A stretch of 63,960 nucleotides of DNA, counting the filler, from an uncultured bacterium (GTDB lineage: Bacteria > Latescibacterota > UBA2968), in NCBI GenBank assembly GCA_964471275.1. It is 3 parts of 3 records of this genome, joined end to end, with 100 filler letters (N's around TTAATTAATTAA, not from the genome) between each part and the next. Parts side by side here need not be neighbours in the genome. Positions count along the whole stretch, not along the records: positions 26,052 to 51,936 come from CAYYGZ010000036.1; 2 more parts are not named here. One strand, given 5' to 3'. Made by a program: the position numbers and the translations under genes. Numbering within the stretch: the first letter of the stretch is position 1; the number at the start of each line of letters is the position of its first letter. The notes under the pieces were generated by a model. It did no database searches and was not told where the DNA came from. It was given only the letters and a program-made list of their open reading frames with translations. This document shows positions 31,153 to 39,357 of this stretch, piece after piece.

Positions 31153-32490
31153 ATGAGTGAGATCAGAAAGGCCAATCGGTGGAGCATCGTTGCCGGCGCG
31201 CTGATCGTCCAGATTGCACTGGGCACAGTCTACGCCTTCAGCGTATTTGTAAAGCCCCTTGAGTTGGAGTTCGGCTGGAGCCGAACGACGACACAGTGGG
31301 CTTTTTCTTTTGCCCTACTCACCTTTGCCGTGAGCATGATCCCGGCGGGTAAACTGCAGGATCGAATAGGCCCCCGTAAAGTCGCCACGATCGGGGGTCT
31401 CCTTCTGGGCCTGTCCTTCATCTTGAGCGCCCTGCTCGTATCCGGCGACCGACCCTGGGCGCTCTACCTCACATACGGCGTGATCGGCGGAGCAGGTATC
31501 GGCTTTGCATACGTTTGCCCGATCGCCGCCTCGGTCAAGTGGTTCCCGGATAAGAAAGGTCTGATTACCGGTTTCGCCGTCGCTGGATTCGGCGCCGGAG
31601 CACTCTTCTTCGCAGGACCGGCCTCTACGCTGCTGCTCCCACCCGGACAAACAGGTGACGCCATGGGGCTTTCCTCGATCCTGATGGTCGGGCTCGGTAT
31701 CACAAAGGGGTCCGGATTCGGAATCGGATGGCAGGCATTCTTCATCCTCCACGGCGTTGTGTGTGCGGTCATCGTTACGTTGGGCGCAATACTCCTGAAG
31801 AACCCGCCGGAAGGTTACACACCTGAAGGTTGGGTTCCCCCAGAGGTCATTCCGGGCAGTCGGCAGGATGCGGACTGGCGGGCGATGCTTAACACGCCTC
31901 TCGCCTGCATGCTCTGGTTGACCTTCATCTTTGGTGCCACATCAGGTCTGATGGCAATCGGTCAGTGGAAGCCCCTGATGGTTACCATACTCGGAGATAG
32001 GACTTTCGCCCCAATCTGGATGGGATCCTTCGGACGGTTTGTCGAACCGGTAGGCATCCTCGCGATCTTCAATGCCCTCGGGCGGATCGCGTGGGGGAAG
32101 ATCAGTGATCTGATCGATCGGCCGCGCGCGATGATGATGATGTTCCTTGCGCAGGGCATGGCTTTCATGTTCCTGGCAAGCGTCGAATCGCATCTGGCGA
32201 TCTTCCTCGCCTCTGCCTGGGTTGGCCTCAACTTTGGCGGCAACTTTGCACTCTTCCCGTCGGCCACGGCAGACTACTTCGGCACAAAGAACCTCGGTAT
32301 GAACTACGGTTGGATCTTCACGGCCTACGGCGTGGCAGGAATTCTTGGACCGGTCGTCGGCGGGGTGCTGTTCGATGCGACGAACGCCTACATCATGGCC
32401 TTCGTGTTTGCCGGCATCCTCTGCTTTATCGCGGCAGGATGCTCGGTGGTGGTATGGGGACTTGCGCGGCAGGAGCAGGTCGCGCTCTAG
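31153..32490 (+). CDS. MFS transporter, oxalate/formate antiporter (OFA) / monocarboxylate family
   Basis: NRW.IV, GKLQDRIGPR, KWFPDKKGL, GGNFALFP, DYFGTKNLGMNYG. Confidence 0.9.
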   Translation: MSEIRKANRWSIVAGALIVQIALGTVYAFSVFVKPLELEFGWSRTTTQWAFSFALLTFAVSMIPAGKLQDRIGPRKVATIGGLLLGLSFILSALLVSGDRPWALYLTYGVIGGAGIGFAYVCPIAASVKWFPDKKGLITGFAVAGFGAGALFFAGPASTLLLPPGQTGDAMGLSSILMVGLGITKGSGFGIGWQAFFILHGVVCAVIVTLGAILLKNPPEGYTPEGWVPPEVIPGSRQDADWRAMLNTPLACMLWLTFIFGATSGLMAIGQWKPLMVTILGDRTFAPIWMGSFGRFVEPVGILAIFNALGRIAWGKISDLIDRPRAMMMMFLAQGMAFMFLASVESHLAIFLASAWVGLNFGGNFALFPSATADYFGTKNLGMNYGWIFTAYGVAGILGPVVGGVLFDATNAYIMAFVFAGILCFIAAGCSVVVWGLARQEQVAL

Positions 32491-32497
32491 GACAACG

Positions 32498-32905
32498 GGG
32501 TTTCGGGAGCGCGTGTTCCACGAGACAAAGGAGAAGTTCGGTCTGGTGCGAATCTGCGTGCCGGCTGCTGGAATCACGAGAGATGCGTTGGCGGTAAGGG
32601 TGGACAAGGAAACCGGGAAGGCTTCCGTCTACGACATCGACCATTTTCGGCTGGTTGTGGAAGTCAATCTGATCGCTCCCGTCTACTGGGCGTTACAGAT
32701 GGTCGCCCAGATCGCGAAGAATCGGGCCGCTCTGAAGTGCGGACGGTGGAAGACCGAGGAACGCGTGCAAGGCACGTTCATTGTGATTGGATCAATTTCG
32801 TCACGTGGGAACAAGGGGCAGATTTCCTACTCGGCAACGAAGGCAGGACTCAAGGGAGCGGCTGCTACGCTGATGTCCGAAGCAATATTCCACGGTGTTC
32901 GCGGA
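32498..32905 (+). pseudogene. SDR oxidoreductase, central fragment (continuation of 27506-27706)
   Basis: GFRERVF..FG....VPAAGITRD, VNL, IGSISS.GNKGQISYSATKAG (YxxxK); lacks start and C-terminus. Confidence 0.8.
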
Positions 32906-33113
32906 TGCCGGTTGGCATCCCGCCGTCTAGGTCCGTGTGAGGCGTGCCAGTCCCGTTCCGTCAGCAGGCGTCTCGCATCATCGGGCTGGCATTCCGGGAG
33001 GCAGCAGGCCAAACTGAACAAAATAAGGGGTTACGTCTGCTCTGCTCCTGTCTGAGCCTGTGGTATACAGATTGCATCTTGCAGACCCAGTATCCGGCCA
33101 TCCCAGCCTGTAG

Positions 33114-33212
33114 TCTCGTGTCGGAGTGATTCCGGTTGTTGACGAAAACGATCACCTTCTCGGGATCGTCAGCTATGTTGATATGCTAAAACTCCTCATT
33201 GAACGGCTCTAG
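33114..33212 (+). pseudogene. CBS-domain C-terminal remnant
   Basis: SRVGVIPVVDENDHLLGIVSYVDMLKLL. Confidence 0.6.
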
Positions 33213-33213
33213 C

Positions 33214-33852
33214 GTGCGTGGTTCGAGATGTGTTTCGACTCTGGCTCTGATCCTGTCGACGGCAATTCCTGTCTTCGGCGACGTCCAAACATTCGTGGTG
33301 AGAGATCCTGAGAACCGGAACGTTGTGACCTTCGAGTCTCGTGCACCTCTGGAGAATATCCACGGGACGACCCACGCCGTTCGCGGCAGTCTGCGTGTGG
33401 ACCGTGAAGACCTGACGTGGTGCGCGGGGGAACTCACGATCCCGCTCGACAGCTTCGATACGGGCATCGTGCTTCGTAACACACAGATGCGTGACCATTA
33501 TCTGGAGACGGACCGGTATCCCGAAGTCGTGTTTCAGGTGGTCAAGGTGGTTTCGGCTGATCCCCCCAGATTACTAATTGGAAAGCCGAGCCACATCGTT
33601 CTCGAAGGGGTTGTCCGGATGCACGGTGTGGAGCGCCGGGAGCGTGTTGAAGTGACGGCCACCTATTTTGCCGAGAGCGACGAAACACGCCTGAAGCTCC
33701 CCGGGAATCTGCTCCGAATAGACGCCGCTTTCAGCGTGGTTCTCGGTGACTACGGTATCCCGATTCCAAAGCTGGTTGCCCTCCAGCTGGACGAGAAGGT
33801 TAGCATCCGGGTCGATGTGACAGCATCGGATGAGCCGCAAACACAAGAATAG
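33214..33852 (+). CDS. YceI-family periplasmic lipid/isoprenoid-binding protein
   Basis: Signal peptide; VTFESRAPLE, FDTGIVLRN..MR..YLETDRYP, HGV, DYGI. Confidence 0.85.
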   Translation: MRGSRCVSTLALILSTAIPVFGDVQTFVVRDPENRNVVTFESRAPLENIHGTTHAVRGSLRVDREDLTWCAGELTIPLDSFDTGIVLRNTQMRDHYLETDRYPEVVFQVVKVVSADPPRLLIGKPSHIVLEGVVRMHGVERRERVEVTATYFAESDETRLKLPGNLLRIDAAFSVVLGDYGIPIPKLVALQLDEKVSIRVDVTASDEPQTQE

Positions 33853-33870
33853 AAAGCTCGAGGCCGTGCA

Positions 33871-35028
33871 TTGATAGATATTGGTGTGTTGAAGGAGTCG
33901 GTCGCGGGGGAGAATCGGGTAGCGTTGACCCCGTCGAACGCAGAAAAACTCGTCAAGGCAGGACATCGTGTCCTGGTCGAATTGAACGCCGGACTCTCGG
34001 CAGGCTTTCCTGATGTTGCTTACACGGAGTCAGGGTGTGAGCTGCGATCGCGGTTTGAAGTGGTCACGGGAGCAAGGGTCCTTGCCGCCGTCAACACACC
34101 GAACGTCGGGCCGCAGCCCAACCCTCTGCTCGAGAACCTGACCGAGGCCCACACGGTAATTGGGTTCGCAGATCCCTTTTCCACAGAATCCGCCGTCAAT
34201 GTTTATGCAGGCACGGGTGCATCGCTCTTTGCTATCGAGCTGATGCCTCGAATCACCCGTGCACAGAGCATGGATGCGCTTTCGTCCATGGCGACCGTGT
34301 CCGGCTACAAGATCGTGTTGAGCGTAGCCGATCGTCTCCCCCGGATGTTCCCTCTGATGATGACAGCAGCAGGAACGGTGTCGCCTGCACGGATCTTGAT
34401 ACTTGGTGCGGGTGTGGCCGGCCTACAGGCGATTGCCACCGCCAGGCGTTTGGGGGCTGTTGTTTCTGCATACGATGTTCGCCCAGTGGTGAAAGAGCAG
34501 GTCGAAAGTCTGGGTGCCACCTTTGTGACGCTCGAGATCGAGGCGGCGGAGGCTGAGGACTCGGGTGGTTACGCGACGGATCAGGGCAAGGCCTTCTACG
34601 AAAAGCAGCAGGCGGCGCTCGCGGCCGTTGTGGCTGAACACCACGTGGTCATCACGACTGCATTGATCCCGGGGAGGCAAGCGCCGATCCTCCTCACCGA
34701 GTCCATGGTTCGCGGCATGGCGCCCGGCTCAATCGTAGCGGACATGGCGGCCGAGCGGGGAGGGAACTGCGCGCTGACAGTGCCCGGGGAAGAGGTCGAC
34801 GTCGATGGTGTGCGCATCCTGGGACCGACGAACATCCCTTCGATGGTGCCCTATCACGCGAGTCAGATGTACTCCCGAAACCTGGTGACGTTTCTGGAAC
34901 ATCTGACGGGAGAGGATGGCGATCTTATCGTGGATGAATCCGACGAGATTACGAAGGACACGCTTGTGACCTGGGCGGGTGACGTGGTGAATGAGCGGGT
35001 GAAGGAAGCCTGGTCGTCAGCCAGCTAA
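33871..35028 (+). CDS. pntA: NAD(P) transhydrogenase subunit alpha part 1 (dI)
   Basis: GENRVALTP, PRITRAQSMDALSS, GAGVAGL, TTALIPG. Confidence 0.97.
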   Translation: MIDIGVLKESVAGENRVALTPSNAEKLVKAGHRVLVELNAGLSAGFPDVAYTESGCELRSRFEVVTGARVLAAVNTPNVGPQPNPLLENLTEAHTVIGFADPFSTESAVNVYAGTGASLFAIELMPRITRAQSMDALSSMATVSGYKIVLSVADRLPRMFPLMMTAAGTVSPARILILGAGVAGLQAIATARRLGAVVSAYDVRPVVKEQVESLGATFVTLEIEAAEAEDSGGYATDQGKAFYEKQQAALAAVVAEHHVVITTALIPGRQAPILLTESMVRGMAPGSIVADMAAERGGNCALTVPGEEVDVDGVRILGPTNIPSMVPYHASQMYSRNLVTFLEHLTGEDGDLIVDESDEITKDTLVTWAGDVVNERVKEAWSSAS

Positions 35029-35074
35029 AAATACAGTACCGGGTCTTGGATCTCTAACTCTGAAGGAACAGATC

Positions 35075-35362
35075 TTGGAAGGTTTTATCGCAGCACTGAC
35101 TGTCTTTGTGCTCGCCGTGTTCGTCGGCTTCGAAATCATTACGAAGATTCCGCCGACATTGCACACACCCCTGATGTCCGGGTCTAACGCGATATCGGGG
35201 ATCAATCTTGTCGGCGCGTTGCTGTCCGCCGGCACTCAGTATACGACGCTGACAACCTGGCTCGGATTCTTCGCCGTCGTATTTGCGACGGTGAATGTCG
35301 TAGGTGGGTTCATGGTCACGAACCGAATGCTCGGCATGTTCAAGCAGAAGGGTACGCCTTGA
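35075..35362 (+). CDS. pntA: NAD(P) transhydrogenase subunit alpha part 2 (membrane)
   Basis: LHTPLMSGSNAISG, NVVGGFMVTNRMLGMF. Confidence 0.97.
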   Translation: MEGFIAALTVFVLAVFVGFEIITKIPPTLHTPLMSGSNAISGINLVGALLSAGTQYTTLTTWLGFFAVVFATVNVVGGFMVTNRMLGMFKQKGTP

Positions 35363-36744
35363 GTTCGACGCTCATCAACCTGGCTTATCTGTTCGCGTCT
35401 ATCATGTTCATCCTCGGGTTGAAGGGATTGACGCATCCCCGCACGGCGGTCCGTGGAAACCTGCTCGGCGCAATCGGCATGTTTGTCGCTGTGATGGTAA
35501 CGCTTGTGGATCAGCGGATCGTCAGTTTCGAGATTATCATTGCAGGCATCGTGGTGGGTGGCCTGATCGGGGCCATTCTGGCTGTCAAGATTCAAATGAC
35601 AGACATGCCTCAGCTTGTCGCGTTGTTCAACGGTTTTGGCGGTGCTGCGTCCGTGATGGTCGCGGGTGCGGCCCTGACGGAAGCGAAGCTGTTCGGGGGA
35701 ACACCCGTCCTGCAGTTTAGCGCAGCGATCGTGGCGTCCGGTATCATTGGCACTGTGACCTTCTGGGGTAGCCTTGTGGCGTTCTCGAAGCTTCAGGAGT
35801 TGCTGTTCCGGAAACCGGTTCGGGCAGGGATGCGTTTTGTCAACATTCTCCTCACCGCCGGTACCGTGGCACTCGGGATTCTGGTGATCGTTGATCCCTC
35901 CGACACGCGTGCCTACTGGGCGATGACAGCCGCCGCTTCCCTTGTCGGCGTGACGCTCGTGATACCGATTGGCGGCGCGGACATGCCCGTCGTGATTGCG
36001 TTACTGAATTCGCTGTCGGGGCTGGCCGCGGCCGCCACGGGTTTTGTCCTCGGTAATAATGTGCTGATTATCTCCGGGTCGCTGGTCGGGGCATCCGGGC
36101 TGATACTCACGCAGATCATGTGTCGTGCGATGAATCGAACGCTCGGTCACGTCCTGTTCGGGGTGCTCGAGGCAGCGGCTGACGGCCCAAGTGCTGACGA
36201 AATCTACGAAGGTCGTGTCAAGTCGGCTTCGGCCGACGAGGTCGCGATGCTGTTTGATGCTGCTCGTCGCGTCGCGATTGTGCCCGGATACGGGATGGCG
36301 GTCGCCCAGGCTCAGCACGCAGTTCGTGATCTGGCCAACCTGCTCGAGGCGAACGGGATCGAAGTTGTGTTTGCGATTCATCCTGTGGCGGGCCGGATGC
36401 CGGGTCATATGAACGTGCTGCTTGCCGAGGCGGATGTCGCATATGACAAGCTGATCGAGATGGATCTGGTCAACCCGACTTTCCCGGAGACGGATGTGGC
36501 GCTCGTGATCGGAGCAAACGATGTGGTCAATCCGGTCGCCCGTGAGGATCCGAGCAGCCCTATCGCCGGGATGCCGATTCTGGAGGTGGACAAGGCAAGG
36601 ACCGTCGTGGTGATCAAGCGCTCGTTGAGCCCGGGCTTTGCCGGAATACCAAACCCGCTGTTCGCGGCGGACAATGCCCTGATGTTCTTCGGTGATGGAA
36701 AGGCAGCAGTACTGGATCTGGTAAAGGCGGTCAACGAGTCCTGA
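35359..36744 (+). CDS. pntB: NAD(P) transhydrogenase subunit beta
   Basis: IGGADMPVVI, PGYGMAVAQAQ, HPVAGRMPGHMNVLLAEA. Confidence 0.98.
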   Translation: MSSTLINLAYLFASIMFILGLKGLTHPRTAVRGNLLGAIGMFVAVMVTLVDQRIVSFEIIIAGIVVGGLIGAILAVKIQMTDMPQLVALFNGFGGAASVMVAGAALTEAKLFGGTPVLQFSAAIVASGIIGTVTFWGSLVAFSKLQELLFRKPVRAGMRFVNILLTAGTVALGILVIVDPSDTRAYWAMTAAASLVGVTLVIPIGGADMPVVIALLNSLSGLAAAATGFVLGNNVLIISGSLVGASGLILTQIMCRAMNRTLGHVLFGVLEAAADGPSADEIYEGRVKSASADEVAMLFDAARRVAIVPGYGMAVAQAQHAVRDLANLLEANGIEVVFAIHPVAGRMPGHMNVLLAEADVAYDKLIEMDLVNPTFPETDVALVIGANDVVNPVAREDPSSPIAGMPILEVDKARTVVVIKRSLSPGFAGIPNPLFAADNALMFFGDGKAAVLDLVKAVNES

Positions 36745-36900
36745 CCCGGAGTCGATGCGGGGTCGGATGTGTGGTGACTTTCTGGGGTCAAGGAAGCGTC
36801 TCGGCCGGTACGCAAGGTGTGACACAGCTGTCCACATCGTGTCACATGCGCCTCGCAAATTGCCCTGCGCCGCTCGCGGATTTTTCCTTTGCCAAAAGAA

Positions 36901-36914
36901 TTGATTGTTAGCAA
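36901..36914 (+). promoter_or_regulatory. FNR/CRP-family-like box
   Basis: TTGAT-TGTT-AGCAA, one mismatch to TTGAT-N4-ATCAA. Confidence 0.45.
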
Positions 36915-36917
36915 ATG

Positions 36918-36935
36918 AAGGACATTGTGGTCCTT
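36918..36935. promoter_or_regulatory. Perfect palindromic operator candidate
   Basis: AAGGAC-N6-GTCCTT about 65 nt upstream of the flavoprotein start. Confidence 0.5.
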
Positions 36936-37000
36936 TGTTTGAGCGTGGATGAAACTGGCACCCGGAATACGTTTACCCCCGTGTGGGAGGATCTATCCGA

Positions 37001-38890
37001 TTGTCTGAGATCAATGTCGACATTCCGACGGTCGAGTACTGGAAGTCGCAGATCAAATGTCAAGCTGCGTGTCCGGTCCATACGGATGCCCGCGGCTATG
37101 TCCGTGCCATTGCTGAGGGGAACGACGAACTTGCGTATCTGATCGCCCGCGGCCCCAATCCGCTCGCATCGATCTGTGGCCGTGTGTGTGGGGCTCCGTG
37201 TGAAGCGGACTGTCGTCGGGGTGAGATCGACAATCCAATCTCCATTCGCGCACTCAAACGCTATGTCTGCGAACTGTTCGGCTCCGAATCTCGGGACGCC
37301 GGAACCCTCGTTGAATTCCTGAAGCGGGCGACCAAGAAGTACGGCGGACGCGATTGTGAGGGCAAAGAAGAACTGCTTCCCCTGATGCAGTCCGTGATGA
37401 AGGGGAGTGTCGAGTCCGTCAGCGGCAAATCGGTTGGGATTATCGGCAGTGGTCCTGCCGGGCTGGGAGCCGCACACGATCTTTCCCTGCTGGGCTTCAA
37501 CGTCACGATCTATGAAGTCGAGCCCGTTTTGGCCGGGATGCTTGCCGTCGGGATTCCCGAATATCGTTTGCCCCGTGATCTGATCCGGTCCGAAGTGGCC
37601 GTGATCGAGGCGCTCGGTGTTGAGGCAGTTACGGAATGTGAAATCGGAGTTGATGTGGCTTTCTCCGAACTGAGAGAACGGCACGACGCCGTTGTTGTGT
37701 GTGTCGGTGCGAAACGGTCACGACCCCTACCGATACCAGGCGCCGATGCGAAGGGTGTTCTCGGTGGCGTCGAGTTCTTGAGAGATGTTGCGCTCGGGAA
37801 TCCAATCGATCTGGGACAGAGTGCCGTCGTCATTGGAGGCGGTAACGTCGCCTATGACGTGGGACGAACCGTGCTCCGGCAGATCTCCGTAGACACGGCC
37901 AGAACAGTGGTTCGTGAGGGTGTCGGATCGGTGCACTTGTGTTCGCTTGAGTCTTTGGCCGAGATGCCGGCGGAAGACGCCGAGATCATCGAGGGCGACG
38001 AGGAAGGGATCATCCGTCGCAACTCCATGGGGCCTGTTGAGGTGCAGACGAACGACGAGGGCGCCGTGACGGGTGTGTTGTTCCGTAAGTGCCTCCGTGT
38101 GTTCGATGAGAACCACAACTTCGCTCCGGAATTCGATGATAACGACAAAGAGGTGATTACCTGTGATCGCGTGCTGATGGCGATTGGCCAGGGCGTCGAT
38201 CTCACATTCCTGGATCCTGAGGCCGACGGGATTGCGATGACAGAGCGCGGATTTATCGAATGCGATCCTGCTACGGGACGAACAAGTGCCTCGGACATCT
38301 ACGTCGCCGGAGACCTGGCGTATGGTCCGAAACTTCTGATCCACGCCGTCGCTTCCGGAAAACAGATCGCACGATCCATTTACGAAGACCTGACGGGTAA
38401 GGCCCTCCGACCCCAGGACGTCGAACTGCACCTGGGTCTGCCCGAATACGAGCGCGAGCAAGGCTACGAACGGCAGGGGCGGGTGGCCATACCTTCGATG
38501 CCCGTCGCGGAACGGATCACCTCCCAATCGGCGCCTGTGGAGCGTGGCTACGACGAGAGTGAGGCACGCTGCGAGGCAGGCAGGTGTCTTGATTGCGGTG
38601 TGAACACCATTTTCGACGGCGCGAAGTGCATCCTGTGCGGCGGTTGTGTCGATGTCTGTCCCGAACTCTGTTTGCGAATCGTGTCGGTCGATCGTCTTGC
38701 CCAGAGCGAGGTGGTCGATTCCGTGCTGGACGATCGTCTCAATGGGATGGCGCGCGAAGAGGCGTCGGCCATCCTGAAGGATGAAACCAGCTGCATCCGA
38801 TGCGGACTGTGCGCGATCCGGTGTCCGTCTGGTGCGATCACGATGGAACGCTTCACATTCAAGGAGATTTTGACGTGTCAGATCGACTAG
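37001..38890 (+). CDS. GltD/DsrL/NfnB-like FAD-dependent NAD(P)H oxidoreductase with N- and C-terminal FeS clusters
   Basis: CQAACP, ICGRVCGAPCEADC, GSGPAG, GGGNVA, RCLDCG, CILCGGCVDVCP, CIRCGLCAIRCP; GGAGG SD before TTG 37001. Confidence 0.9.
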   Translation: MSEINVDIPTVEYWKSQIKCQAACPVHTDARGYVRAIAEGNDELAYLIARGPNPLASICGRVCGAPCEADCRRGEIDNPISIRALKRYVCELFGSESRDAGTLVEFLKRATKKYGGRDCEGKEELLPLMQSVMKGSVESVSGKSVGIIGSGPAGLGAAHDLSLLGFNVTIYEVEPVLAGMLAVGIPEYRLPRDLIRSEVAVIEALGVEAVTECEIGVDVAFSELRERHDAVVVCVGAKRSRPLPIPGADAKGVLGGVEFLRDVALGNPIDLGQSAVVIGGGNVAYDVGRTVLRQISVDTARTVVREGVGSVHLCSLESLAEMPAEDAEIIEGDEEGIIRRNSMGPVEVQTNDEGAVTGVLFRKCLRVFDENHNFAPEFDDNDKEVITCDRVLMAIGQGVDLTFLDPEADGIAMTERGFIECDPATGRTSASDIYVAGDLAYGPKLLIHAVASGKQIARSIYEDLTGKALRPQDVELHLGLPEYEREQGYERQGRVAIPSMPVAERITSQSAPVERGYDESEARCEAGRCLDCGVNTIFDGAKCILCGGCVDVCPELCLRIVSVDRLAQSEVVDSVLDDRLNGMAREEASAILKDETSCIRCGLCAIRCPSGAITMERFTFKEILTCQID

Positions 38891-39345
38891 CTCCCGAGCC
38901 TCTTCCGAGGCGTGACTTCCTGAATCTAGCCGGGGTCTGGGCAGCGTGTCTGGCTGTGTTCGGATCCCTTCTGGGGATGGGGCGCCTGGCTCGGCCGAGT
39001 GTCCTGCCCGAGGCTGGCAATCGTTTTCGGATCGGCCGCCCCGACGACTACCCATCCGGTACGGTCCGCACGCTCGATGAGCGTCAGGTGCAGATCCTGG
39101 CAACAAACGATGGGATTGCCGTTGTGTCGATGATCTGCACGCATCTCGGATGTATTGTGAAAGAGCGGGACGAGGGCGGATACACGTGTCCGTGTCACGG
39201 CTCCGTCTTTGACACATCCGGAGGCGTGGTCGGCGGTCCGGCTCCCCGCGGTCTCAAATGGTTGGAAGTTTCGTTGGCGCCGGACGGCCAACTGATGGTG
39301 GATGGCAAACGCGAGATTTCCGCAGGTACCTATTTCTCCGTCTAG
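38875..39345 (+). CDS. Rieske [2Fe-2S] subunit of a Rieske/cytochrome b complex
   Basis: Tat anchor PRRDFLN, CTHLGC, CPCHGS, GPAPRGL; AAGGAG SD before GTG 38875. Confidence 0.95.
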   Translation: MSDRLAPEPLPRRDFLNLAGVWAACLAVFGSLLGMGRLARPSVLPEAGNRFRIGRPDDYPSGTVRTLDERQVQILATNDGIAVVSMICTHLGCIVKERDEGGYTCPCHGSVFDTSGGVVGGPAPRGLKWLEVSLAPDGQLMVDGKREISAGTYFSV

Positions 39346-39357
39346 GATGGATTGACC

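Noticed and set aside
37001..38890. Glutamate synthase small subunit (gltD) or a Dsr pathway gene
   Set aside because: No gltB or dsr genes are present; the extra C-terminal ferredoxin domain and the overlap with the Rieske gene point to another role.
37727..39217. Long antisense or alternate-frame ORFs (496 aa here; also 58296-59528, 15935-16978, 24170-25147)
   Set aside because: They overlap well-supported genes and have no recognisable motifs; such shadow ORFs are expected in GC-rich DNA.
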